From a virus (taxonomy: Duplodnaviria; Caudoviricetes), in IMG/VR virus record IMGVR_UViG_2802429331_000008: a DNA stretch of 64,000 nucleotides; one strand, given 5' to 3'. A model generated the notes under the pieces. That model did no database searches, was not told the DNA's origin, and saw only the letters and a list, made by a program, of their open reading frames with translations. The translations under genes were made by a program, and so were the position numbers. This document shows positions 29,085-38,983 of the stretch, piece by piece; the first letter of the stretch is position 1, and every line of letters begins with the position of its first letter.

Positions 29085-32000
29085 TCACTTTCGCCATACG
29101 CCGGTATAGGTGAGCGCCCGGCGCTGGTGGAACAATGCCAGCTGGCTGACGATGTCGTCGCGGTCGATGCCGTGCATGTTCACCGTCATCGAGTGATCGA
29201 TATGCTGGTCACCGCGACCACCGGGTGTGACCGGTACCGGCCGTGTGGCCAGTTGCTGGGTCCGCAGCAGCCCCAGGAGAGCGGGGTTGCCCTGGCGCAG
29301 ATCCTCCAGTAGCCCCAGTACGCCGGGGCGGTCGACCACATCGCGGGGGACGACGAACTCGTGATGTTGCAGCAGCGCTGCGTGCCCGTCCCAGCCGTCG
29401 GCGGCCGGGTCGTCGACCAGGCCACCGGACCGGTATGCGTGCGGGGTGCGTGCCTTCCACGCCGCCAATGCGGCGCTCGGCGTCCCGTAGCGGCCCTTGA
29501 TGTACTTCTCCGCGCCGAGCGTCTGCGTGTACGGGTCCGGTGAGTCGGTGCCGGATTTGTCGGCCGACAGTCCGAACAAGCCACCCGCGTGCGACGCTTT
29601 CCACTCCGACGAATCGGTGACCAGCTCGTACAACGCTGTCCACTCCGGTCCCTGATCCCAACCATCCGCTGCCACAGCACGTTTCACCGCGTCCACAGCG
29701 TCCTGCACCGGGTGCGCGGCGCCGTTGTCGGCTGTGGCTGCCGCATCGGCCGTCGCCTGCGCACGGTTGACGGCGTCGACCATGAGCCCGGTCCGGACGA
29801 CGCCCGGCAGATCATTCGGCACCTTGGCCACGTTCAGCACATCGCCGAGCATTTCCCCGGCACCATCGGAGAGCGCCTTCGCGAACCCGCCCGCAGCACG
29901 CGCGACTGCGGCCTGCGCCAGGTCAGGATGCGCGAATCCCGCGTACCCGCCCGTGGCGCGATACAAGTCACCCAGCACGCCGTCATGACCGGGGTTGCCG
30001 AACTGGCTGGCCAACGCATCCGTCGTGGCATCGAACGACGCAGCGTCAGCGCCGCCCGCAGGCAGCGCGCCCTCCGCATCACCGCGAAGGACACGCATCA
30101 ATCCCAGCTGCGCCCCGTACGAGGCCAGCCCAGTCCACGTAGTCGGCAGCGAATTGAAGTTCGGCCCAACCGGCTGCGACGCGATCTGATCGGTCGTCGA
30201 ATCCTGCTGGTTCTGAGCAGCCGCCTCCGTCCCGGCACCCCCCGTGCTGGGGCCAGCCGTGTTCGCGGGGGTGGGCTGCCATGGTGGTGAAAACAGCACG
30301 GGGTCAACGTGGTACCGGTTCGTGAACTGGGACGAGAACGGTGAGGCCGCCGCTGCGCCCAGCCGTAGCGTCTCGCCTGGCTGGCGTTCCTCGATACTGA
30401 CACCGAGGATCGACGCCACCATGTGGTCGGCATTCGTACCGATCACGAACAAGTCGCTCGGTGACGCGCCACCGATCACACCCGGCCACTGTCCGGCCAG
30501 CAGGCTACTCGTCGTGCCGAGTCGGGTGGTTGGCTGAAGGACACCCATCGACACCTGTTGCAGCATGCCGACTTCACCGGAGCAGTCCGCTCCGGCGGCC
30601 GACGAGCCGCCCCACATATACGGCGTGTTCGGATGATCGCGCGCGTATTGTAGGGCGTTCGCCGGACCACCTGTCCCTGTGAACGCACCTGACTGAGGTG
30701 GTGCGCTCGCCGCCGGGCTCGGCGGGGCCGGGGTCGACGGTGTGGGGGTGTGGGCGGCGTGGTTGGTCGGCTCGTGCGCGGTTCGCAGGGTAGTGGTGTC
30801 GTCGACGAATCCGACTGGGCCGCCGTCCTTCAAGCCTGGCACCAACGCGGCCAGCAGGTGCCGCACTTGCGGCGATACCGTGCCGTTGTTGATCGCCTCG
30901 AGCAGTGGCAGCCAGTCGGCGGTCGCGGTTGCTCTGACCACGAATTCGCCATTGGACAGCCGTCGCAGGATCGCGTCGTCACGTGGACCGCCCGGCCCGG
31001 CAACGGGGCCGCCGTCGGCGTTGCCAGCAATCACCGGTCCGCCGTCGGCGTGGCCGAAGAAGGTCTCCGACGCCTTGCCGAGCACGGTGCCGATGATGCT
31101 GGAACCCAGGTCGGTGACCTTGCTGTGCAGCTTTCCCAGCCAGTCGAAGATCGACGCGAAGAACTCGATCACCTTCGACATCGGTCCAGCCATATCGGCC
31201 CACGCCCGAGTCAGCGGGGGCAACACTTCAGCTGCAAGTCGCGCTAGGTCCGGCAGAACGGGCGCGACCGCGACGAACAGATCGGTGAATGCTTTCACCA
31301 GACTCGGTAGCTCAGGCAGGATGTTCTGCAACGCTTGGAGCAGCGCTTGCCCGATCTGATCAGCCATTGTGGCGAGAACCGGGGTCAGCTGGCGCATCCC
31401 CTCGGCCAGGATCGGGACCACCGGCTGCAGCCCGTCAGCGAGTGCCTGAATGACTGGTAGCGCGGCCTTGGCCAGCGACGACAGGTTCGTCGCCATCGTC
31501 GTCAGGATCACCGACGCCAGTTGCGCAAGCGGCGGAATGATCGGCGCGACCGCGGTCGCGATATCGGCGAACGCTTGCGCGATCGGTGGCAGCGAAGGCG
31601 CTAGCGCTGTAATCGCTTGCGCCAGTGCGGAGCCCAGCGTTGATACGAGCTGGCCCAAAATCGGCATCACCGGGCGCAGGGCATCGCTGAGCGAGGACAT
31701 AATCTGGCCGGTGACCGGGAGGATCATGTTCAGCGCGTCGACGAACGCCCTGGTGAATCCGCCGATATTGGTGGATTGCAGCAGCGTGCCGAGGGTGGTG
31801 AAGAACTGGCCGAGCCCCGGCCCGGCTTGCACCGTCAGCTGAATGAACGCGTTGGTCAGGCCGGTAACCAGCGGGGCTATCGAGCCGAGCATGGCGCTGA
31901 CGCTGGCGACGAATTTCTCTGCGACTCCGGTGCTTTCCAGCCGTGTCAGTAGCCCGTCGAGTTCGGCGAACGTTCCCCGGAGGGCTACATTGAGGCCGCT

Positions 32001-33614
32001 GGCGATCCCGGACAGACCGGTCCGGAACGCAGGAAGCTGATGGTCGGCGAGCTTGTGCAGCGACCCGCCCAACTGGTCGAACAGCGCAGTAGACACGGAC
32101 TGTTGCAGGTTGTGCCACGCCGGGGCCAGGGAATGCACCTGCTCGAAGAAGTCCCGCGCCGCCGGGGTCAGCTTGGCGAGAGCGACCTGCAACTTGTCCT
32201 CGGTCTCGGTCGGCCCCATCGCTCGATGCAGCGCCAAAGCCGCCTCAGCGGCTCGGATTTCGGCTTCCTGCACGCCCTGCACAGCGAGCAGGACCGCGTG
32301 CTGTGCGTCGCCGTTGGCGCGAACCGCGTCCTGCACCGTGCGCGATCCCCCCACACCACGCTCGTTGGAGATCGCGGTATCGACTCGCTGATCACCAGTT
32401 TTCTGCTCCGACTCCTTGTAGCGCTGCTGTGCCTCACGGAGCCCGAGCTGCGCTTCCTGGATATCCAGAGCTGACGCACCCGGCGTCATCCGGACCTGCG
32501 TCAGCCTCTGTCGTGCCCGCGCTACCGCCAGCGCCGAACCTTCCTGCGCCAGTTCGGCATCGGTGAGGGCATCGTTCTGGTCGCGGACCGCGCGGGTGGC
32601 GTCCTTGTAGGCATCGGTGAGATTCTGCTGCGCCAGCTTCGCGGCCTCCTGGCTTTCCCCTACCCGGTGATGCGCCTCGGCAAGCTGCTCGTTGGCGTGC
32701 CGCACACCGTCGACGGCGTCGCGGATCCGAGCGGCCCGCTCCAGCTGCGCAAGCGGGTCACGGTGCTCCTCGGTCACCGCGGTCTGTGCCTGAAACGCCT
32801 CCCGCAAGCCATGCGCGCCGATAACACCGGCCGCGCCAGCAGCAGCGAGCCCCCCACCGAGCGCACCGATCGCACCGACACCGCCACCGACCACGCCCGC
32901 GATCGACGCGAACAATGCAGCCGACCGGGCGGCCTCGCTGAATCGATCTGCGACAGACCGGATCTGCTCGATCAGCTGATCGAAGCTCGCCTGACTGGCG
33001 TCGTCGGCGGCCTTGCGGAACTTCCGCATACCGTCCTCGGCGTCCTTGAGCCGCTGCCGGGTCTTGTCGGCGTCCTGTTCGGAACGCCTGCGCGCCGCCT
33101 CGGCAGCCTTGCGCTGGTCGGCTTCCGCACGTTCTTCCGGCGACATCGACGACCGGGATCTGCGGGAGGTAGGCCGCTGGGGTTCAGTGCCGACGACGAC
33201 CGGCTCGCTGGCCTTGACTCGTAGTTCGTCGAGCTGCACTTCGGCCACCGAAGTGTCCAGCACGACTGGGATCTCGTAGCGCGGGATCAGCGAATAGAAC
33301 TCGCTCAGCTGGCTCTCTGCCCGCTTCAAATCCATGTCCGCCGTGATGCGGGAGGATCCCGGCAGCTGGTCGCCGAGCGCCTGGCTGTCGAGTTCGGGCG
33401 TGATCTGCACGGGCAGCGTGTGTTTGGCCGCCAGATCCTTCCACCGGTCCTCCATGTCGGTGGCGAAGCGTTCGAGGTCGGCATTGACCCGAACTGGCAT
33501 CGAATTGATCGCGGCCAGCTCGGCGGCAAGCTTCGCTTCGATGTCGTCGTCGAGCTTGGCTTCGATAGTCAGATAGCCGGTGCCAGCATCGAACGCCGAA
33601 TAGTCGGCGACCAC
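29085..33614 (-). CDS. tape measure protein with NlpC/P60-like and transglycosylase-like C-terminal domains
   Basis: 1509 aa helical; GPGGPRDD..LSNGEFVV, PYMWGG..DCSG, YIKGRYGTP. Confidence 0.92.
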   Translation of the reverse strand: MVADYSAFDAGTGYLTIEAKLDDDIEAKLAAELAAINSMPVRVNADLERFATDMEDRWKDLAAKHTLPVQITPELDSQALGDQLPGSSRITADMDLKRAESQLSEFYSLIPRYEIPVVLDTSVAEVQLDELRVKASEPVVVGTEPQRPTSRRSRSSMSPEERAEADQRKAAEAARRRSEQDADKTRQRLKDAEDGMRKFRKAADDASQASFDQLIEQIRSVADRFSEAARSAALFASIAGVVGGGVGAIGALGGGLAAAGAAGVIGAHGLREAFQAQTAVTEEHRDPLAQLERAARIRDAVDGVRHANEQLAEAHHRVGESQEAAKLAQQNLTDAYKDATRAVRDQNDALTDAELAQEGSALAVARARQRLTQVRMTPGASALDIQEAQLGLREAQQRYKESEQKTGDQRVDTAISNERGVGGSRTVQDAVRANGDAQHAVLLAVQGVQEAEIRAAEAALALHRAMGPTETEDKLQVALAKLTPAARDFFEQVHSLAPAWHNLQQSVSTALFDQLGGSLHKLADHQLPAFRTGLSGIASGLNVALRGTFAELDGLLTRLESTGVAEKFVASVSAMLGSIAPLVTGLTNAFIQLTVQAGPGLGQFFTTLGTLLQSTNIGGFTRAFVDALNMILPVTGQIMSSLSDALRPVMPILGQLVSTLGSALAQAITALAPSLPPIAQAFADIATAVAPIIPPLAQLASVILTTMATNLSSLAKAALPVIQALADGLQPVVPILAEGMRQLTPVLATMADQIGQALLQALQNILPELPSLVKAFTDLFVAVAPVLPDLARLAAEVLPPLTRAWADMAGPMSKVIEFFASIFDWLGKLHSKVTDLGSSIIGTVLGKASETFFGHADGGPVIAGNADGGPVAGPGGPRDDAILRRLSNGEFVVRATATADWLPLLEAINNGTVSPQVRHLLAALVPGLKDGGPVGFVDDTTTLRTAHEPTNHAAHTPTPSTPAPPSPAASAPPQSGAFTGTGGPANALQYARDHPNTPYMWGGSSAAGADCSGEVGMLQQVSMGVLQPTTRLGTTSSLLAGQWPGVIGGASPSDLFVIGTNADHMVASILGVSIEERQPGETLRLGAAAASPFSSQFTNRYHVDPVLFSPPWQPTPANTAGPSTGGAGTEAAAQNQQDSTTDQIASQPVGPNFNSLPTTWTGLASYGAQLGLMRVLRGDAEGALPAGGADAASFDATTDALASQFGNPGHDGVLGDLYRATGGYAGFAHPDLAQAAVARAAGGFAKALSDGAGEMLGDVLNVAKVPNDLPGVVRTGLMVDAVNRAQATADAAATADNGAAHPVQDAVDAVKRAVAADGWDQGPEWTALYELVTDSSEWKASHAGGLFGLSADKSGTDSPDPYTQTLGAEKYIKGRYGTPSAALAAWKARTPHAYRSGGLVDDPAADGWDGHAALLQHHEFVVPRDVVDRPGVLGLLEDLRQGNPALLGLLRTQQLATRPVPVTPGGRGDQHIDHSMTVNMHGIDRDDIVSQLALFHQRRALTYTGVWRK

Positions 33615-33700
33615 TGTGGTTTCACCGCCCGTCTGTATTCAGTTGTGGCTCAAGGCATCCTGCAGAAGCTGTCAGATACACAGGAACTTGTCGCCGCGTT

Positions 33701-34093
33701 TCAACTAACCGTGATCTGTGCGGTCAGGCCCGCGCCGAGGGCAATGCCTGCCCCGTTCTGATGCAGAAGTATGTCGACCACGTCTCCGGAGGCAAGTTGC
33801 GGCGCCACGACGACCGGGACGGTGAGCGGGATCTCGGCGCCCAGATTTACGCCCGTCGTGAGAGTGAGTGTCGCGAAGGCAGCGACGACGGAACCGCCGC
33901 GGATCTGGCGCACGGTGATGGTGACGTTGTTGGTGGCAGCGCCGGTCACGGTGGCATATCCAGCTGGCGGGCACACCACCACGCTCGACACCGTGACGCC
34001 AGTAAAATTCTGCGGTTCGAATACACCAGCAACGGTGATCGCGTCCGCGCCGCCTGCCGCCTGCGCGGGCAAGGTGGCTTCGAAGATCGACAT
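33701..34093 (-). CDS. 130-aa beta-rich virion-like protein, in frame with long tail chaperone
   Basis: GAGGA RBS then MSIFEATLPAQ; no stop separates it from the upstream frame. Confidence 0.6.
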   Translation of the reverse strand: MSIFEATLPAQAAGGADAITVAGVFEPQNFTGVTVSSVVVCPPAGYATVTGAATNNVTITVRQIRGGSVVAAFATLTLTTGVNLGAEIPLTVPVVVAPQLASGDVVDILLHQNGAGIALGAGLTAQITVS

Positions 34094-34896
34094 CGGGAAT
34101 TCCTCTGGATGAGACGGTGGGGTGAACAGATCGATCAACGCCTGCATGGAGGCGGTACGCCGCTGCTCACGAACTCGATCGACGGCAGTCTCCGGCCGCG
34201 GCATCGGTGTTACGTGCGGCGGATCCGCTCCGGCCGCGGCGACGATGGCGGCCTGCACGCCCATCAGGGCATCAATGATCGACAGCAGCAGGTACGTATC
34301 GATGCTGTAGCCGACCGGCGAGATACCAGCCCGGTCGTGGTCGGTGTCGGCTTCTGCGTCCTCGCGGTTGAGGAGCTGCTGCGCCAGTTCCTCGTCCAAG
34401 GCCAGTGCTGACTTGTAGTGGGATTGACGCGGCAGCCGGTCCTTGAACCGCCACACAGTCCGCCAATCACGGGTACGAAGATAACTGGGCCCGAATGCGT
34501 CTCGGACATCGATGCCACGCTCGAGCAGGTCGTAGTCGAGCGCGTCGCCGAAGGAGTCCCAGAACTCTACGAGCCCGACGATCCCCCCGGCAGCTCGCGA
34601 GCGCCCTGCCCGAAGAAGTGCGCATACAGGTCGTTCTGAAAGGCGAGCCACTCATCCAGCGGTCGGTCGTCGTAGAGCGCGATGATCGCGGCGAAGTGCT
34701 CCCCGAGCAGAATCTTCAACTGCTCGTCGTCGCTGTTCGCCTTCCTGATCGCCCGTGACTGCGCCAGGGTGAGCGGGGGAATCGAGATCGCTTCGGTCAG
34801 CTGGTACGGGCCGCGGCGCGTCGCCGACAGTTCCTGCTGCAACTCGTAGAAGCGGCCGACCTGGACGTCGGCGCGAGATGTCTTGCGGGCGGCCAT
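33701..34896 (-). CDS. long tail assembly chaperone via -1 frameshift at GGGGGGA (34582-34588)
   Basis: LPGGSSGS* frame overlaps GGIVGLVEFWDSFGDALDYDL frame. Confidence 0.7.
34567..34896 (-). CDS. tail assembly chaperone (short form)
   Basis: GRFYEL..PY.LT..IPP..HFFGQG; between major tail and tape measure genes. Confidence 0.85.
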   Translation of the reverse strand: MAARKTSRADVQVGRFYELQQELSATRRGPYQLTEAISIPPLTLAQSRAIRKANSDDEQLKILLGEHFAAIIALYDDRPLDEWLAFQNDLYAHFFGQGARELPGGSSGS

Positions 34897-34897
34897 A

Positions 34898-35107
34898 TCA
34901 GCTGCCGATCCGCCACACACCGGAGCCGTCGACCACCGACACATCGGGGGAGTTGTCGGTCTGGCCTGCGCCGACGCGTGACTGGGCGGGGGACGGGTAG
35001 TACTTCGACAACGCGTCCGAGCCGGGATAGATGGTGTGATCGGGAGTGGGAGCGTCGGTGATCGGGGTCGCGTCGGCGCGGGCGGCGGGGATCGCGGTCT
35101 GGCTCAT
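34898..35107 (-). CDS. small hypothetical tail-region protein
   Basis: GAAGGA RBS, ATGA coupling. Confidence 0.55.
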   Translation of the reverse strand: MSQTAIPAARADATPITDAPTPDHTIYPGSDALSKYYPSPAQSRVGAGQTDNSPDVSVVDGSGVWRIGS

Positions 35108-35352
35108 TTGTTGTCCTTCACTTCCGTTGCAGGGATGGGAGATACGACCGGGACGGCGGCCGCAGGTGTGGGGACGGTGGTGCGGGTCGATGTCGTCGAG
35201 ACGGGCGGCGCTTGCGGCGGCTCGGCGAGCGGAGCGACTGGTTTGTGGCCTTGCCCGTAGACGGCGTTGACGTAGGAGGTTGCGTCGAACACCTCGTAGG
35301 TGCGGGTTCCATCGCTTACCTGGACCGGGTATTTCGTTGGTACGGCAGGCAT
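35104..35352 (-). CDS. small hypothetical tail-region protein
   Basis: MPAVPTKYPV..NAVYGQG. Confidence 0.6.
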   Translation of the reverse strand: MPAVPTKYPVQVSDGTRTYEVFDATSYVNAVYGQGHKPVAPLAEPPQAPPVSTTSTRTTVPTPAAAVPVVSPIPATEVKDNK

Positions 35353-35381
35353 AAGGCTCTTTCGTCTGGTAGAAATCCAGG

Positions 35382-35792
35382 GTGGTATCGAGAATCGCTG
35401 CCGCCGTGGCGGTTTCAGCGGCGGCAATCCTGCTGACCGGATGCGGTGGAGGCGGTAGTGGCCATCCGGTCGCCATACCCACATCGGCCACTACCGCTCC
35501 GGGGGCTCCTGCGACGCCGCCACCGGTCGAGACGGCCAGTACGTCGGCGGCGGCGAACAGCACTACAACACCGTCCGCCACAACCGAGGGTGCGGCATCG
35601 GTGACGCAGTTTCCGTGCTCGAAATACCGTTCGCTGGCGGCGACCTATCGGGAACAGGTGCCGAACGCGAGTGACGCCGAGATCCAGACGTTCATGATCG
35701 GGGCGGTACAGCAGTCTCCCGAGTGGGCGACGCTGACAAGCGAACAGCGGCAGCAGGTCGTCGATGCCATTCACGCTGACGTGAACTGCTGA
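35382..35792 (+). CDS. lipoprotein in opposite orientation to the tail operon
   Basis: Lipobox LLTG-C, Thr/Pro linker, small C-terminal domain with two Cys. Confidence 0.75.
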   Translation: MVSRIAAAVAVSAAAILLTGCGGGGSGHPVAIPTSATTAPGAPATPPPVETASTSAAANSTTTPSATTEGAASVTQFPCSKYRSLAATYREQVPNASDAEIQTFMIGAVQQSPEWATLTSEQRQQVVDAIHADVNC

Positions 35793-36716
35793 TCAGCTGA
35801 CGGTGACGGTGCAGGTGCCGGTCGCGGTGGCACCGCCCGCGGGGGTATAGGTAGCGGTGATCGTCGCTGTCCCTGCGGCGATACCAGTGACGATCCCGGC
35901 GTTGGAGACGGTGGCGGTGGCGGTCGCCGACGATGTCCACGCGATGGTGCCGGTGACAGGGTTGCCGAGTTGGTCGACTACCGTGATCGGTATCGATGGC
36001 GCGCCGCCGTGCACGACGGTCAGTGTGTTCGGAGACAGGCTCAGGCTGGTGACCGGATACGGGATACCCGTCTTGGCAAGCAACGCCTTCCAGCCTGCGC
36101 CACCAAACCCGTGCGCCACCGCGAACCCGGCGACATCATCCTTGAATGCCGTGAGGGTCAGCTTCTGGCTGGTGAGTCCGGTCGGCACCCAGTTCTCGCC
36201 GCCCCACTTGGTGACGGCGACCTTCGGCATCACCTTGTAGATGTAGATCGGGTTCGAATCAGTACCGTCCTTGCCGATCACGATCGCCGAGTAGTAAACG
36301 ATCTGCGGAGCCGACGGCTGCGCGAACAGCACCTCCCCGTTGATGCCGCTGGCCTGGATGGACTGAAGGGCAGCGTTCGTGGTGAGAGCGATCGTCAACG
36401 CGTTGGTCTGCTGCGGCTCGAACTCCAAGGTGGTGGTGTCGTCGACAATGTCATCCCTGGTGGGCTGGAGTTCGCCGTACGACTCGATCGGCGCAGCCGT
36501 CACGTTACGCGCGAACGCGACACCACTTTTCTTGTCGATCAGGCCAACCGACAGGTATCCGGTCGGGAGCGGCTGCAACGTCGCTGTGTTGTCGGTGAAC
36601 GCGGTCGGGGAGGGGGTGTACCACGGTGCGAGGAATACGGCCGCATCCAGGGGTTTCAGCAGCAGGGCGCGTTGTGCGTTCTTCAACGTCGTCAACGAGG
36701 TGCCGATACCAGCCAC
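35793..36716 (-). CDS. major tail protein with C-terminal Ig-like domain
   Basis: LPTGY.SVGLI, ESYG..PTR.D, FGGAGW; WTSSATATATVSNAGIVTGIAAGTATITAT. Confidence 0.9.
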   Translation of the reverse strand: MAGIGTSLTTLKNAQRALLLKPLDAAVFLAPWYTPSPTAFTDNTATLQPLPTGYLSVGLIDKKSGVAFARNVTAAPIESYGELQPTRDDIVDDTTTLEFEPQQTNALTIALTTNAALQSIQASGINGEVLFAQPSAPQIVYYSAIVIGKDGTDSNPIYIYKVMPKVAVTKWGGENWVPTGLTSQKLTLTAFKDDVAGFAVAHGFGGAGWKALLAKTGIPYPVTSLSLSPNTLTVVHGGAPSIPITVVDQLGNPVTGTIAWTSSATATATVSNAGIVTGIAAGTATITATYTPAGGATATGTCTVTVS

Positions 36717-36768
36717 GAAGGGCTCCAATCAGTATTCAGTTATGTATTCAGTTGTGGCGTAGCCGATT

Positions 36769-37293
36769 TCACAGCTGTCGGCGCGCCTCCATCCGGAACG
36801 CGACCTCGACGGTGCGGTTCAACGGGTCGAGATCGGTCACCTCGAGCTGTCCGGACATCTCCTCGACGTAGTCGACGAGTACCCCGTTGACCTGATCTCC
36901 GGGGCAGGCGAGCAGTGCTTCACGCACTTGGGAGGCCAACTGCTGCGATAGCGCCCGGGTAGGGGCGAATGCCGTGCATTGCATGAGCGCGGTGTCGGTG
37001 ATTGCGTTCACGTCCAGACCACCGCCGACTCGGCGCACGAGGACTAGCGGCAACAGGGCATCCAGCGCCTGCATATCCGGTGGCAGAGCCGAGCAGGTGT
37101 AAGCGAGCGGCGTCAGCAGGTCGACACACACCTGTTCCCAGTCCAGAAACGCGCCCGGCACCGGATATCGCTCGCTGATCGCGGCCGACAGTCGCCCGGC
37201 GCCGTAACCGGCGTCGGGGACCGTCTCCGACACCGCTGTTAGGGTCGTGTCTGTGAGTTGACCAGTCACGGAATGCGTTGCGGGACTGGTCAT
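36769..37293 (-). CDS. tail terminator
   Basis: LPLVLVRRVGG motif, position before major tail gene. Confidence 0.75.
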   Translation of the reverse strand: MTSPATHSVTGQLTDTTLTAVSETVPDAGYGAGRLSAAISERYPVPGAFLDWEQVCVDLLTPLAYTCSALPPDMQALDALLPLVLVRRVGGGLDVNAITDTALMQCTAFAPTRALSQQLASQVREALLACPGDQVNGVLVDYVEEMSGQLEVTDLDPLNRTVEVAFRMEARRQL

Positions 37294-37604
37294 TACGCTT
37301 CCTTGATGATGGGACGGGCACGTAGCAGCACCCGCTCGGGCGCGCGGGGTCCGGCCCGGCTCGATCCCAGCTCACGCCATTTCGCGTAGCGGCCGGAGAC
37401 ATACACGATGCTCTGCTGAGCGCCATTGTCGGGATTGCGGCTGTCGATCACCTGGACATGACTGGCGTTGTATCCGGTCACGATGATGCTGTTGGTGCGC
37501 CAGATCCGGGCTCCCGCTTGGGCTTTCCGATGCACGATGGCATGTACCTTCGGGCCGAAGCGGGGTATGTCGCGCAGGTTGTTGCCTTTCGGGTCGTACC
37601 GCAC
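37293..37604 (-). CDS. neck protein
   Basis: YAKWRELG motif, synteny. Confidence 0.6.
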   Translation of the reverse strand: MRYDPKGNNLRDIPRFGPKVHAIVHRKAQAGARIWRTNSIIVTGYNASHVQVIDSRNPDNGAQQSIVYVSGRYAKWRELGSSRAGPRAPERVLLRARPIIKEA

Positions 37605-37634
37605 GAGGCACCCCTTTCACGAACACGGTGGTGG

Positions 37635-38009
37635 TCAGCTGTAGAAGACGGCGTGGATCCTGGTGAACGGTTGCCAGCCGGTGAAAGCGTTTGTCGGGCA
37701 TTCCGGTTCGGCCAAGACGTGCAGCAGCACAGACCCGGCCACGGTGAGCACGCCGGGCGGCACCAGCAGCCGGTCAGCTTTGCGCACATCCGATCCGGGT
37801 GGCGCGGTGATGTCGAAAATCGTCTCGTTGCGGAGGTCGCGCGGCCCCGCGGTCCCGTGTGTGGCCTGCCCGGACTGCCAGGCCATCGCGGCCGGTCCGA
37901 TCATGTGGGACGGCGCGCGATTGGTGTCCCCGTGCACGTCCTGCGCCGGGCCGCGCATCACGCCGAGCATGACGCCGAAGGCGAATGTCAGCGGCAGTGT
38001 CTGCGGCAT
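37635..38009 (-). CDS. head-to-tail stopper
   Basis: DVHGD, PPGSDVRKADR, NAFTGWQP. Confidence 0.7.
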   Translation of the reverse strand: MPQTLPLTFAFGVMLGVMRGPAQDVHGDTNRAPSHMIGPAAMAWQSGQATHGTAGPRDLRNETIFDITAPPGSDVRKADRLLVPPGVLTVAGSVLLHVLAEPECPTNAFTGWQPFTRIHAVFYS

Positions 38010-38013
38010 CAGG

Positions 38014-38496
38014 TCACCACACTTCAGTTCGCAGCGTCATCAATCCGGCGTTGCGGAGGATGTCCACGCTGGCGTCGCACAGCTCGGTGACCGCGGTCTC
38101 CAGCCATTGCGCCGAACTGCTGGTGTCGTAGGACACCGAGCTGCCCGGAACCGTCTGCGATGAGATGAACCGCGGTTGTCCAGTCAGCTGCGCATCCGGG
38201 TTGATGCCTGCGGTCACCCAGAACACCACCTGCTGACATGTCGCATCGCAAAATGCTTGCGACACAGCCGGATCGGATGGCTTCCCGGTATCGGTGCCCG
38301 CCGGTGCGGACGCGGGGGGCGCGCCCCCGGCCGGAAGCGGGTAGGTGAAATACCGATCCAGGCGGGTTGCTCGGGTCACCAGGTTGGAGGCGTGACGCAA
38401 CAGCAGACCTGCGGTTGCGGGCGTCGACGGCAGCCATGGCGGTGTCCCGTCGGCATGGGATGCGGTGAGATCGACCGCGGTCGCATAGATCAGCAC
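38014..38496 (-). CDS. head-to-tail adaptor
   Basis: YATAVDL..LLRHAS.LV..ATCQQV.FW..ILRNAGL. Confidence 0.8.
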   Translation of the reverse strand: MLIYATAVDLTASHADGTPPWLPSTPATAGLLLRHASNLVTRATRLDRYFTYPLPAGGAPPASAPAGTDTGKPSDPAVSQAFCDATCQQVVFWVTAGINPDAQLTGQPRFISSQTVPGSSVSYDTSSSAQWLETAVTELCDASVDILRNAGLMTLRTEVW

Positions 38497-38785
38497 CCCG
38501 ACTCCGTATTCAGTTGTGTGGGAATCTGTTTCGCCGAAAGGCGACGTTGCGGGCGATGTGCGCCGCCTGCATGAAGGGATCCAGGCGGGGGACACCGACG
38601 GCTCGGTACCCGTCGAGCAGGTGCGCAGCCGTGGCCACCACCGTGAGCGTCCACAACACCGGGTGCCGAACGTGGATACGGCGCCGCATCGGTCAGCATC
38701 TCCCCGTCTGGAGCCGCCGCGTCATAGGCGATCCAGGCGAGGGTGAACGAGGCGAACACCGCGCCGCCTCGGACCCGTGGCGGTT

Positions 38786-38983
38786 TCACCGCACGGGCGC
38801 GGCAGCCTTCTTGCCACGCGCGCTACCCGAGACAGTTGCCGAGTCCGGTGCCGAGGTGGCGGCCAGCTCATCGAGATTGTCGACCGACACGAATCGTGCC
38901 CACTTCTCGAAGTAGGCGCGATGCTCGTCATCGACAGGCTGGTAAACGTTGCCCGTGATGGTGTCGCGATAGTAGTCGGCCAT
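38786..38983 (-). CDS. small hypothetical head-region protein
   Basis: TGATG coupling to capsid gene. Confidence 0.55.
   Translation of the reverse strand: MADYYRDTITGNVYQPVDDEHRAYFEKWARFVSVDNLDELAATSAPDSATVSGSARGKKAAAPVR

Noticed and set aside
38490-38789. 99-aa ORF in head region
   Set aside because: Composition looks non-coding and it runs through the late motif; not supported
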